A stretch of 63,854 bases of DNA, the filler included, from Bigelowiella natans CCMP2755 (taxonomy: Eukaryota > Protista > Cercozoa), in assembly GCA_000320545.1 (NCBI GenBank). It is 4 parts of 4 records of this genome, joined end to end, with 100 filler letters (N's around TTAATTAATTAA, not from the genome) between each part and the next. Parts side by side here need not be neighbours in the genome. Positions count along the whole stretch, not along the records: positions 1 to 21,489 come from ADNK01003047.1; positions 21,590 to 44,949 come from ADNK01001760.1; 2 more parts are not named here. One strand, 5' to 3'. The notes under the pieces are model-generated. The model was not told the origin of the DNA. It did not search any database and saw only the letters and a list, made by a program, of their open reading frames with translations. The translations under genes were made by a program, and so were the position numbers. Each line of letters begins with the position of its first letter. Position 1 is the first letter of the stretch. Positions 13,501 to 26,209 of the stretch are shown here, in pieces.

Positions 13501-14060
13501 ATATGATATGCTTCGCTTGCGCTTGCTTTCACTGTGTGGTCTAAGCGCTGCCATTTATGGCGTGGCGCGATGTGTGCACGTTTAGACGTGCAGATGGCGG
13601 CTACGGCAAGCTTTAGGTATCATCATGCATCTCTAGATATCTGGACATGCTAGCATGGCCCGTACCTAGGTACATGCATGCACGCAGTCTATTGTAGCTG
13701 GCAAGTGACTCGCGATGCGTGACGACCACATGTTGCACGTCTATATAGCTAGCATAGACGACGCATGTGTCGTGCACCATGCTAGCATGCTGCACATGCT
13801 AACATGGCTATGGCTAGCTAGCTAGCTAGGAGGCTGTGTAGTGCATCCTCATCGCATGGCTAGATATCTAGATATAGAGATGAAACAGCGCATGCTGGCA
13901 TCCAGCGCTTGCAAAAGCTAGAGAGCGATGAGCAACATGATCGAGACGCTGCTCTAGTGCTGTTTGCAAAGCTGCTCCGCATCCTTTTCATTTCTCAATG
14001 AGTGTCGCACATGATCGATAGTTGTGCACAGGTATGTCTAGATGTGTATATATATATGCA
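13500..14060. other. Palindrome-rich, RY-alternating tract 2 (convergent junction PH/unknown gene)
   Basis: Contains GCTAGCTAGCTAGC, ATGCTAGCAT and CATGCATG. Hand count over 13741-13800: 4 of 59 dinucleotides are AA/TT/CC/GG/GA/TC. Confidence 0.8.
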
Positions 14061-14232
14061 CATATTATTGATTATTAGTTGGACATAGATGAGGAAACAT
14101 GCAATAGCGAATCCAAAATCGAACAAATTATCATCATCATCATCATCATCATCGTTTTGTACAATCTCTTGTGGAATAGACATGATGCAATCGATTCAAG
14201 ATGCGCGTTCTTCAAGTCCGCCTTTTATTTGA

Positions 14233-14930
14233 CTAGCAAGTTTTGTGCCTTTTAACTCTATTCTTCTTCTTCAGGAAATACTCTCCTGGTGGAATGTTCG
14301 TAAACACTCCACCGTTTTCGTTCCTTCTCTTTGTCCCACCAACGCCATCCTCATTCAGGTCAGGGCTAAACAAACAAGAACCAACATTATCTCAGCATAC
14401 GAAACCGTAGCAGTAGTAGTATTAGTAGTAGTAGTATTATTATCTTGTTGCGTAGTTGTAGCAGTAACACTTAGAGATCAGACATACCGAACGAAGTTTG
14501 CGAGTCCATCGTCCCTCCTAGTCACTGCCATCAGCCAATTGTGACTGCTGTGGAGAAGATCGTCTACCCCATCATGGCTTCTAATCCAGCGATAACCGTT
14601 AGCGATGAGATATATGAATAATGGCAAAGATAAAAACAATCTTTCTGAATACTATAATCCTACAATGCGAGAGTTACAACATACGCTCTACAGGACCCAA
14701 ATCCTTCTATCAATCAATGCCGTAAAGTGTCAGATTTCTGCCATGCTTCTACAAAAAACTAGAGAATGTATACTCTCAAGAAAGAAGCAGCCTTCCCCAC
14801 AGCGGAGCACCAGCATCATTTCATAGCCAATACATACAAATTCTTCTTCTGAGAATTGCTACTGTTACTATTATTACTTTTCCTTCTTGACAACGGCCTT
14901 CTTCTGATCATGATCAACTGCTGGTGTCGC

Positions 14931-14961
<31 letters not shown>

Positions 14962-15899
14962 TTGGTAGTAGCATCGTTCCTGGCGTTTATGCCAGTGTTC
15001 TTTGTTCTCGTCCTGGTTTTTGAGCGAATCGGTTTCTCCCTTGGCGTTGGAGGGAGCTTGTGATTGCCATAGATACGCATGTAGGGTTTCGAGCCAATTC
15101 CAACCCGCTTAAGATCAAACTTTAGCACTTTAAACTCGCCCTTGGTCTTTTGCTTATATCTGATGATAACAATAATAATTAATAATGATGATAACAATAC
15201 ACAGAAGAAGAAGAAAAAGAAGAAGAGAAGCAAAGGAAGTAAGGCGAGAGGCAGGTATATGTAGCAGTGATTTTGTAGAGCATTGCAACCAAAACAACGC
15301 ACAAACACCTCCTACAGCATCCATCCACAGCATTCCGACTACTGTCACTACTACTACTACTACTCCTCCTCCTACTCTTCTATGCATAAGACTTACGGTT
15401 TGCAGTGAAAGTTGTGCTTTGTCATCTTGCTCCGTGACTTGTGGCCACAAGAAGAAGAGGAGGAGGAAGAAGCACAATTCTCATGCAAAGGACATGCGAT
15501 CCGATTGCGTCTGAAAGCTGGTTATTGCAGAGTAACATAAATTGTATAAATCAGTGCTGCCTAATCAGTTTTTTCAATGATTCTGCTACTACTACCACTA
15601 CTACTACTACTACTGCTACTACTACTACTAAAACATATACTACTGCACAAAAATGGATAGATGCATGCCAACAAGAAAGGACCTCGGTAGCCATCATAAT
15701 GTAATAATCACAGCAACCCACAACACCTCTGAACATTATAGTAATAATATCTCCTGTAACAACTACTACTTACAGCAGCAGCACATTCCAGGAAAGGGCA
15801 TGTATTCGTCCTCCCACAGAATACAAGCAGGGCAGTACCTACAATGTTATGTGGTGGTGGTGGTGGTGGTGGTGGTGACAAGGGCCAGCAATAATACTA

Positions 15900-15936
<37 letters not shown>

Positions 15937-17724
15937 CACTACTGCTGCTGCTGCTGCTACACTACCATGATAAGAACATCGTATCGTATTGATTCATAGT
16001 GTCATGTAACAGATTTATGGTTGGTAGCGACCATTCTGGGGAGTGTACATCGCCAAAGATGTTCTTCACATCTAGGCCTCTTGCTGCGAAGTAACTGATC
16101 ACAACCAAATAGTAACAGTAGTAGTAGTAGTAGTAGTAGCAGTAGTAGTAGTACACAAATCATCGTAATATACTAATAATGATTGGAGAAAAGGACAAAA
16201 ATACTTCGGTGATGACGAAGGAGGAAGGAAATAATACTACTATTACTGAAATCATCGATGATAGATATGTTAGGGCATGCTCTGTTGTCTTATTACTTCT
16301 CCTGATGCTCGTAACATAGCTTGCACATGTACTTAACCCGTTGGCCTTGAAGGGAACAATACTTTGAACAAAAAACACAGAAGGAAGTAGAACGGGGGGG
16401 GGGGGTTGGAAGGAATGTTTACCGATTATTGGTTTGTTGTGGTACTGCTAAAATGAGATGCAATATTGAAGAAGGTGAAGAGGATAAATTTGATCGATGA
16501 TGCTAATGATTCTTGGGGATTGTGAGAAGGCGGAAAAGAGCAAATGGCGTGATTCGATGGTGTCAATCACGACCATATTGCTGCATCTTTGCTCCTTTCC
16601 TACCACTATCACTTGTACTAATAGCCCACTTACTTGATTTTGACAAGTATATCGTTCCTTCAAAGGCCTGCAACGTCCGCAGAAATGACAGTTTTGCTGT
16701 TGTAGCATTTAATACAAATGGAAAATAGTATTATTATTATTATCATTGCAAGGTAGTAGTAAACTGTGCCGTTGATCGTGATGATGATGATGATGATCAT
16801 CATTATCATCATCAATTGTTTCCCAACAGATTGTAAAGGGCGATGATTTGGTTGTGGTTTTGTAGATATTGATTCACTTCGTAACTGTAGAAGTAAGATA
16901 GTAGTACTGCGATGAATCATCGCTAAGCACATCACCTTTGCCCAGTCGCTTGAGTTGTTCTCGTGAAGCTTTTGCACCACAGAATTGAATTTATGCATGC
17001 TACTTTGTCTTCTTGTGAGGCGTCTAGTCGTCATTCGTCGTTGTTGTTGTTGTTGTTGCTGCTGCTGCATATTTGCTGCTGCTGTAAAAGTATTGCTACT
17101 ACGATTACTACTGGTGCTGCTACTTGTTAAATTGGAAGGAGCAGCAGCAGCGACGTATCGAGTTTGATATTCACGTGCTTCTTTCTCCAATGATGGAATT
17201 GCTACTTGAGGCGCAATTTCGGGAGGTGCTCTGTATCATGTGAAATAATAATGACAAAATGATAATAATGATGATGATGATGACGTCCTCCTATTGCTAG
17301 TTAAATACTGCTAGTACCACTGCTGCTGCTGCTATTACTACGATTCCTCTCCTCCTCCCCCCCCTCCTCACCATGAGCATCATGCTAATATGCTCTTCCT
17401 ATATCCATCATCTACTCACGGAATACAGATAGCTTCTTGCTTGCGTCTAAGCAGCCTCTTTGAAGCTAATGTATATTGTTGCTAATGATGAGTTTCATGA
17501 TGATGATGATGGTGGTGGTGGTGGTGATGATGATGATGATCAAGTACCATTGGTGGGCGATGTAATCCCAGAAAAGCTTCCTGTAACAATAGAGTAGGAA
17601 GAAGGCCAAGAACAACAACAAGAAAGAAGACCAGAAAGGTGCTGATTGGTCAAATTATGCAGCAGTTTTTATAGAGTAGTAACAGATGCAGTGATTGACA
17701 TTTACTATGTAATTATTATTATAT

Positions 17725-17758
<34 letters not shown>

Positions 17759-18840
17759 TTACTGCTGTTATCGATGCGGTATTTAATAAAAATGCAATAC
17801 TATGCAATACTACTACGTTGTATATACACTCGTTCCAAGTATATTGTGTGAAATTGGAGGTTTCATATGAGATCTTATCAAGAAGCTACTACTACACTAA
17901 TACTCACCGTTTGATGCGAAGAGTTGGCTGAAAGAATCCATACTTGGTAACGTTAGTTCTTTGTGGTCTAATTTGAAGCTGAATTGGAGGGAAGTATACG
18001 GGGGGAGAAAGGAAGTAATAAAACTCGATGATTTCTTTGGGTGAAAATTAGCAATAATCCTGCAAGTGGTTAGGTTATCGCGGTGATCTCGCTCGTGTCC
18101 CGACACAGCAAATTCACAAATGATACCTGTCAAGTAAAACATCCGTTCCGTTGGAAATTCCTTGAAGGAGGCTGTCGATTGAAGTACGCCTAGAAGAAGA
18201 AATAATTCATTGTAAAGCGTGACGATGATGATAGCATAGCATGCATTCATCGTTATCCACCACGAAGAATGTAGCATTAGTAGCTTTTATACGACAGTAT
18301 TTAAGATTGTTGAACGAGTTGCTTAGGGTGTCTTTATTATTATGTCTTTATTATTATGTTTCTCCTCCTCCTCCTCCTCCTCCTCCTCCTTCTCCCACCT
18401 TTTCTTCATTGCTGCTAAGCTCCTCGGGTTCTAAGGAACATCATCCGAGGAGTCACATCAATCGTTTACGAACAAAGGAAGGGAACATGCTGATGGCTCG
18501 ATGGACAATAGAATCATGGTAACTACTAACGTTCATACCAAAGGCTGTAGTGGAGGGAGGAAGTCATCGCGATTCTGGATGGTTTCAAGGATAGAAGGGT
18601 GTGAAAGTCTTGCATCTCTGTGAGTGCATGCTATGGAATATATACCTCTATTTCGTCAAAGCCCATCATCGTTTGTGAAGCAATGAGATCCCCACCATCG
18701 CTATCCTGAGAAGGCTGCATATTTGTCCTTCTTCTTCTCCTTCTTCCTCGCTTACAGGGGAGGGGTGGTGGAGGCCCGGGAGGAGAAAGTAAGCTTTTGA
18801 GAGGTTTATCGGGATAAAATAAACTCCTCAAAATCATCAT
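14233..18840 (-). CDS. Multi-exon protein of unknown function
   Basis: GT-AG bounded non-repetitive exons, e.g. VLQSTASFKEFPTERMFYLTGIICEFAVSGHERDHRDNLTTCRIIANFHPKK, KLSFLRTLQAFEGTIYLSKS, YFAARGLDVKNIFGDVHSPEWSLPTINLLHDTMNQYDTMFLS, YCPACILWEDEYMPFP; last exon ...KKNRVKRHKTC*. Start (18720 or 18840) and full exon chain are uncertain; no family recognised. Confidence 0.6.
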
Positions 18841-19243
18841 AAATCCCCTTCATCTATGACCTGCGACACACTTACAATTTAGGCAAGAATATGTAGATGT
18901 TTTATGTACGAGCCTTGGATCCGTTGCACACAACACAAACAACACAACAGAACCGTCTCCCCGATCCACGGAGGGCTATCGGGATGCCCCCCGACCTAGC
19001 ACTACACCGCAACCAGTAGAAAGAAGACAGAAGAAGAACAAGAAGAAGAAGGAGAGGAGAAGAGAGTTCAAACACGAGTCTTCGAATTGGGAAGCCATCA
19101 ATTTACATCATGTTTTCTCTGACACCAATTGTTACAGGTGCTGGCGGATAAGAATGGGGGAGAGATGTGTCGCTGCGTTGACTCTAGTCTTCCTGCTAGC
19201 CTTTAGTGCCATCCAAAGCAAAACCAATAAGACGAGGGCATCA

Positions 19244-19486
19244 ATGCCATTCTTGAAGATGAATGCGAAGGAGGGGCAGGGAGATGTAGACTACTACTAC
19301 AAGGTGTGCTAGTAAATCAACAACAATAACAACAGTAACAACAGCAGCGAAAGTCGATATCATTTACTCATTTTCACGATGAGATCAATAGACATGTAAG
19401 AAGTGCTTGCATCAGACCTCAAATGCACTTAAATGTATACATGTATATGTACAGGCATCAACACACGAGCACACATAAATATTAAA

Positions 19487-19525
<39 letters not shown>

Positions 19526-20682
19526 GCGTATTTTATGTGTAATTTCCACCATCATTACCTATCGTTGTTGACCCATCATCCTCTCATAATATCTTGTCAG
19601 GCTGTAGTAGAATCACGTCACCGACCCTCAACTTACACCGGCTCGAGGCGTTTACCCCCCCCTTCTTTCAGCACCCATGTTCGAAAAGCTGTCAACAACG
19701 GTAGTACACGCACATACTTCATGAGAAACTAATATTATTCATGAAAATTTACATTTCGTATCGTTACTATATAGCATCATTATCATACTACATCCAAAAA
19801 ATACGAGTTTTCTCTGTCTTCTCCAACGTATACAGATTTCCTTGTTAAGCAGCAAGGATTTGATCATTGGTGTAGAAGCGGTGGCAGCAGCAAGTTGATG
19901 AAGAATAAGTGTATGGGGGGGGGCGGGGGAAAGAACAAGGGGGAAGAAGAAGGAGAAAAGGAAGATGGGCAACCCTTCAAACATGATGGCGTTTCTAAAA
20001 CCCCAACAACATCAACCGTATCTACTGCTAGAAGTAGTAAAGGATCGGGAAAGAAGGCGCAAGCTACTCACAAGCTGCAGCCGTGTAAATATTAATAATA
20101 TTCACTATCACCTGCTCCCATCCCATTTATATGTACATATACAAATGATTATTCTGCAGATCATAGTGCGACGTGCATATTTCCTTCTTCGTGTGCTTGG
20201 CTCTATTCTTTTTGGTCTTTGCCATGTCATTATTATCATCACCATCATCATCAAAGTGCTGCCTAATACCTTTGCCTGCTTTCGACGCGAAAAGGTGACT
20301 ATCAAGACGAGGAGGCAAGATTCTCTTCACAAGATTCTGATGTTGATTCATCAGAAGAAAGATTCAAGGCGGATTATGGGGAAAGAGTTACTGATGACGG
20401 CGTTCTGATGTACTACTAGTAAAGTAGCAGCAGCATACAATATCTCACCTCGTATTATTATTCTAGGACGACCAGCTTGTTTGTTTGAAGAATAATCAGA
20501 AAATATCATCATCAACAAGAACAACAACATCTCATTTGTGGTTATAGAATAACTACTCCTCCTCCTCCTCCTCCTCCTCCTCCTCCTCGTAGTGCTACAT
20601 GTTGTTAATAATATCACAATATGTTATTAAGGTTAGATAATGTTACGCTTGATAATATCGTCTTTCGGCTGCAAAGGAAGGT

Positions 20683-20714
<32 letters not shown>

Positions 20715-20816
20715 CAAAGGAGGAGGATGGATGGATGGAGGAGGAGGAGGAGAAGGGACGTAATATCATCTCCTAATTCCATGTTATACATATTATGTAT
20801 AAATATATATTTATAT

Positions 20817-20859
<43 letters not shown>

Positions 20860-21068
20860 TCTTCTCCTTCACATCAAAAACTTTTCCTTTCAATATATAT
20901 ATGATGATATATTTACTACTACTACTACTACTACTACTACTTACTACTGCCATTGCATATAATATAACAGCTATACGTGATTGTCAGTTATCAAATACTC
21001 AATGGATGTGGTGTATTAGGGAATTCGAAAAGTTGCGCCGGGAGGATTTGATGATTTCAATCCAATGT

Positions 21069-21112
<44 letters not shown>

Positions 21113-21389
21113 TTGTATTCACTTCTCCATCATTATACAGTGGTACTATATTCGGATTTGTTTGCGTAAAAGTTGTATACTTGCGTGCAGTGTGTGCTGT
21201 TTGTTTACGTGTATACCTAGACTCTGCTTTACTATTTTGTACACTCTTATGTTATTCCGATTCCTTCTGCCTCCACTCTCCTCCTCCCTCCCCCTCCTTC
21301 TCTTTCCCTGTTTAGTCTTATCGATATGAGTCACAATAACATCACCGAGCTTAAAGGAAACCTCCTCAGAGGAAAGAAAGACAATTTGG
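19244..21389 (+). CDS. Leucine-rich-repeat-containing protein, 5' part (truncated by assembly gap)
   Basis: In-frame exon chain MPFLKMNAKEGQGDVDYYYK/AVVESRH.../...LDNVTLDNIVFRLQRK/GIRKVAPGGFDDFNP/ILIDMSHNNITELKGNLLRGKKDNL. IDMSHNNITEL fits LxLxxNxIxxL. Confidence 0.68.
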
Positions 21390-21489
21390 TTCTCCTCCCT
21401 CATCGGCACACATCAACACCATATGATCATTGAAATTCGACAACCTTCTCGCTCTCTCTCTGTCTCCCTCTCTCTCTCTCTCTCTCTCT

Positions 21490-21589
21490 NNNNNNNNNNN
21501 NNNNNNNNNNNNNNNNNNNNNNNNNNNNNNNNNTTAATTAATTAANNNNNNNNNNNNNNNNNNNNNNNNNNNNNNNNNNNNNNNNNNNN
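21490..21589. other. Assembly gap with six-frame-stop linker
   Basis: N run with central TTAATTAATTAA; 100 bp, same as the other two gaps. Confidence 0.97.
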
Positions 21590-22945
21590 ACAGGAAGCTC
21601 GAGGACTATGCTGCTGTATAGCATTGATACTGTTCTGCTTTTTGTTCTTATATTTATTGTTCTTCCCGTTGTTGCTGCCTTGCCATTTGCTGTTGTTATA
21701 TCCTTGTCCTCTGCCTTTCTTTCTCTTTAACTTCTCGTAGTGTTCGTTGAGCTGCCTGATCGTCATCCTGGGTCGTCCTTCTTTCCTGTCTCTGCAGTCT
21801 TTAGCGGTGTGTTTCCCTTTACGTGAGCAGTATCCGCAACGTCGGTTACCTTCCCTGTCCTTGTACCAGTCTCGCTGCGGCTTAATAGCGTTAATGTTTC
21901 CTATGCCAGGTACCTTAGGGCTGGTAAACTTGCGGTCCTGCTCCTGCTCGCGTAGGGATATAGCCTGCACTGCTGCCTCCATCGTGGTGTAGCCTTTCTC
22001 CGTAACGTAAGTGGATTCCTTTATCTTTAACTTGAACTCTTCAAACCTTGCCTGATCATCACCTGTGTTGTAATTAAAATCATGTAGTTCGTCGATCATA
22101 TCCTGGAAGCGCGTGGCAAAGTCTCTAACAGGTTCTCTCTCATGCTGCATCATTGCTCTGTATTTTCTAATAGCCTGGGGTAGGGAGTTAGCATCCTGTT
22201 CATTTACAAAAGCCTTCATTATCGCCTCAACGTCTCGTAGCCCACTAACTGTAGTGTGTATTTTCTCTAGCTGCCTGATCCGGGTCCTGCCTGTCTCGTA
22301 AAGGTCCATGGCTTGCTTTATTATAGCTAGCCATTTGAGCTTGTCGTTTTCGGTGGGGTTAGGGGTAAAGTCGCAGAGTATACTCCTAGCGTTCTTCCAC
22401 CACCTCCTTGCCTCACCTCTTTTCCCGTTGTATTTCGTTATCATAACCGGTGCTGTTTTAACAGACATGAACTGGGTGTTCCGCTGTACCGGCTGCTGCT
22501 GCTTGACGGTGCTCTGGGTCGTCCCCCGCGAGGCGCCCAGACCCCCGTCGTTCCTAAACAAAGCTGCCCACTCTGGAGGTAAGTCTGCTTCGTAATCCAT
22601 GATGTCCTGCATGATAGCTGCCCAAACATCATGTGTCTGATACTTGTATTCTATCGATACTTTCAGTTTGGCGTAGTTGCTCGCCCTGGGTCGCAAGGCT
22701 CGTAATGCCATTACGACCTTCTTGCTTTCGGCGGCCACGTCCTCGTCGTCCGCCTCGTAGAAGTTCTCCAGTGCCTCTGCTGCTGCATCTGCTTTCTTAA
22801 TCCCGGGTGCTGGTCCCGGCGGTGCCTGTGGAGGTGTTCCTCCTCCTTCCTTAGCGTCCGTATCGCCCTTCCTTTCCTGTTTCTGCTCGTGCCCTTGCAC
22901 GGCCTGCGAGCCAAAGTCCTGCTGTTCTTCTAGCTGCTGTGACAT
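21590..22945 (-). CDS. gag: Retrotransposon Gag (intronless; truncated by gap)
   Basis: Uninterrupted ORF of about 450 aa in an intron-dense region. It has the retrotransposon-gag-like motif QHEREPVRDFATRF, an upstream ITKYNGK...WW, and a CCHC knuckle CGYCSRKGKHTAKDC followed by a basic Asn/Lys tail. Confidence 0.85.
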
Positions 22946-22961
22946 TGTTAGTCAAATCGTT

Positions 22962-22979
22962 TCCCGTGTGTGGAAGCCA
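22962..22979 (-). promoter_or_regulatory. Candidate primer-binding site
   Basis: Minus strand TGGCTTCCACACACGGGA begins 5 nt after the LTR-terminal CA. It is complementary to a tRNA 3' end ...CCCGUGUGUGGAAG-CCA; the tRNA itself was not identified. Confidence 0.65.
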
Positions 22980-22984
22980 AAGGT

Positions 22985-23258
22985 TGTTGCGCGTAAGGTG
23001 TTCACAGGCCGAGGCGCTACGTGCACAAGTAGGCAGGGGGGGGAAAGGCACGTTTGCTTCCTTTTGAAGAGTTGTGTTTATTTTTATTAAAGATTATATT
23101 TTTATTAAATCGTGCACTGCGTAATCATTCGCGAAGCTTTCGCGAATGCCGCCGCACGTGGGGCAGCACACTTCCGGTGTGCTGCCATGAGTCCCGCCGG
23201 AACCCACGTGCCTATGCTGTATTAATATCTACGTTATCTATATTCTATATCCGCGACA
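22985..23258 (-). repeat. Candidate 5' LTR (about 274 bp)
   Basis: Minus strand begins TGTCGCG and ends CGCAACA (6/7 inverted match, TG...CA). It has clustered AATAAA signals around 23078-23107 and abuts the PBS. The second LTR is not visible. Confidence 0.62.
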
Positions 23259-23269
23259 ACCCCTTTGTT

Positions 23270-23817
23270 GTCGCACGTGACTTGTGCCCGCGTAGTGGTA
23301 CGCGCTACATCATGCTAGCACATGCTAGCATAAGCATGCGCTAGAGCTAGCATGGATGGCGTAATAAGTCAGTGCAGACTCAACAAACAATGCAAACTAT
23401 TAGGTGCAATGCTATGTTTGACCGAGATGTATATGCTGCGTCTAGCGTAGATTAGAGGTTGTCTGTTGATGGGATTTCTAATTTGAGTAGCGCGTGTTCC
23501 AGAATTTTGCACATGCGCGCTCAGCCACGTACATGCTGATGCGCTAGCGCTCATGCATGCAATTTGTTCAGTTCAATTGTACGTGCTCACACAACACGTC
23601 TTGCATGCATGATCGATCATCACATTGCATTTGCAATTACCCGCCTGTCGTGTGCTCAATTGCACACTGCTAAACTCAATTCATGTCTAAAATGTTATTT
23701 TTAACACATGCGCACACATATAGCTGCGCAAACTATACTATACTATATGAGGCTACTAAGCCAATGCTGCAGCCACCATGTACATAGTCAAAGTCGCTGT
23801 GCGTAGACGCGTAGTTT

Positions 23818-23830
<13 letters not shown>
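23270..23830. other. Palindrome-rich, RY-alternating tract 3 (downstream of cyclophilin, abutting the LTR)
   Basis: Contains ATGCTAGCACATGCTAGCAT, GCGCTAGCGC, CATGCATGCA, GATCGATC and CAATTG. Confidence 0.75.
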
Positions 23831-23859
<29 letters not shown>

Positions 23860-23862
23860 ACG

Positions 23863-23902
<40 letters not shown>

Positions 23903-24123
23903 TTATATATATCACACACAGATGCTAAGGTGAAGCCAATAAGTACAGCATTGTTCGTGATCGATGCAACAAGATTTATGTAATTAAGGCCGTGTATAAC
24001 ATCGAAAGCTACAGCAGATAGCATAGATTCAAAGGAAGACATGATGACGCTCCATTGTAGTCCACTTGCTAATGCTATGACCACAGTTACTTCTGAAAAA
24101 AAAATGGACTGCAACTTCACATT

Positions 24124-25682
24124 TTAGAGCTCGCTCTTGTCGGTGAGTTCGCCACTAAGATTTTGAATGCAGGAAAAACACACACAGATAATTATCTTCA
24201 ATTCATTGCATGATGACGACACAGTTGCTCCACGTCTATCAATCCCAAGTCACACTACATGCTTTCCAAGTGAGCACTACTACAATTAGTGTTATTATTC
24301 TCTTCGTGGTTACTACCTGTCCACAATGGTGACCTTCTTAGAAGGGGTTCCGCTAGGGCTTCCGGCAGCTTCAATCTTGTCAACAACATCAGTTCCTTCA
24401 AGAACCTTAGCACAATCGACAATCATGTTAAAGAAAATCAACGATGACGTTGTTCTCAGCTTAAGCTGCAGCGTTTCAGATCAGCAATGCATCATACCGC
24501 GTCGAATCATTTTTCTAAATTTAGAAACCGCAGGAAGCTAGAAATTAATCGCACTAAGAGCAGCACATATAAATAAATAAATAAATAAATATATATATAT
24601 ATATATTTATATATAATACGTGGAAAAGTGGAAAAACTTCTTTTTTGCTCACCCTTCCAAATACGACATGACGGCCATCAAGCCAAGAAGTCTTGACAGT
24701 GGTGATGAAGAACTGGGAGCCGTTTGTGTCTAGTAAAAAGAGCACGGTGTGAGTGCTTACAATACAAATATGACGGAATCAATTTTAAAAAAATAGTTGC
24801 TGTCTCTTTTCTCTCCCCTTATCCTATATTTCGACCAAAACTTACTAGGTCCAGCGTTGGCCATAGAGAGCTGGTATGGGCTAGTATGCCTCAGCTTGAA
24901 GTTTTCATCCTGTATATAAACACATTATCTCAACCGACGATATTGAATTGGACAATGTTGAATTGGACAATGTAGAAGGCAAAGACCCATAACGAGAGAA
25001 TTTTGTCGTGACAAATTTACAACCGCATTCACAGTAGATTTCAAGTTCCGATATAAACAACTTTCATTTGTTTCGATTTATAAAATTAGGTGAATGAACC
25101 TCGAACTTTTCTCCATAAATCGATTCACCGCCACGGCCGTTGCCTTGGGTGAAATCACCACCTTGGATCATGAACTGGGAGAAACAGACGTAGACGTCAT
25201 GATAACGAAATGGACGCGAAATGTACAGATTTTGATCTCTTTGGTATTTAGACGGCACCTGCGGGATGATGCGATGGAAGGAGCTTCCCTTGTAGTGAAG
25301 GGGTTTTCCAGATTTGCCCGTTCCCTTCTCACCAGTACACAGTGCGCGGAAGTTCTCTGCCGTCTGATAGAACAATAAAGAAAGGAGAGAGGGAAGATGA
25401 GAGAGAAGATAAAAATAAGAAAGAAGGAGTGGAAGGAGAGCGGAGAAAGTATAAAGAGAAAGAAAGAAAGAAGGATGCGAATTGCTTAACATCAAAATTA
25501 GTTCATGATGCAGATACCTTTGGAACTGTCTTTCCGTAGAGCCCCATCACGATTCTGCCAGCTTTCTCGCCTCCGATCTCAACGTCGAAGAACACTTTCG
25601 AAGTGACCTTTGGAAGCTTCTTTGCTGCCACGCCAGGCTGGTTGATAGCCAGAAGGGAGAGGAGGAAGAGGGGGGAAAACAT
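24124..25682 (-). CDS. Cyclophilin-type peptidyl-prolyl isomerase, secretory/ER (cyclophilin B-like), 7 exons
   Basis: Signal peptide [20 protein letters not shown], then [44 protein letters not shown]...[16 protein letters not shown].../DENF...[18 protein letters not shown]...[15 protein letters not shown].../[10 protein letters not shown]. Confidence 0.96.
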
Positions 25683-26209
25683 GCTTTCGACGTGTCCTTG
25701 TGGAATGTTCGAATGCGAAGGTTGCGAGAATCGAATATCTTCGCTATAAATAATCGAAAACAAAGGCTAAATTCATACTACGACAACCATATTTCCTCAA
25801 CCCAATTTCCTTTTTAGCCCTCATTAAGCTGCTGATGTGGCAGGGTCCACAAATTTTTCTAAGTCTTAAATGTGACCGCTGTTTGATTTGTCGGATGAAG
25901 CAGCCAGCTCCCTGTTTTCACCGAGATAATCATGTCCAATTGCCCTCCCCGAGGTTGCATGGAAATCAGAGATACTTTGCGACGGATTTTCAAGGAAGCA
26001 CCCATTGGATGTTCCCCGTATCCAGTTTGGTCCAACTCACTACTGCACACAACGAATCCCGGTCAGTGTCGGCGTGTGTCCAGGCGTTGGACTCAGGCGA
26101 CCACGTACCCCCCGAGCCGAGCAGACCTACGAGCATAATCGAGAAAGCTGGTTCCCAGAAGTTCGGACAACTCCATTGGCCAAGATACACTGGTCCTTGA
26201 ATACTGGGA

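Larger units (their letters stand above)
21590..23258 (-). mobile_element. LTR retrotransposon 5' end (LTR-PBS-gag); superfamily not determinable without pol
   Basis: Candidate LTR 23258-22985, PBS 22979-22962 and gag ATG 22945 lie in the correct order on the minus strand. The rest of the element is lost in the gap. Confidence 0.78.

Noticed and set aside
21490-21589. TTAATTAATTAA palindrome within N runs (also 44950-45049 and 62581-62680)
   Set aside because: Identical 100-bp artificial scaffold linker with stops in all six frames; not biological.
23182-23205. CTGCCATGAGTCC...GGAAC resembling a hammerhead core
   Set aside because: The CUGANGA and GAAA catalytic residues are not intact, and it is antisense to gag.
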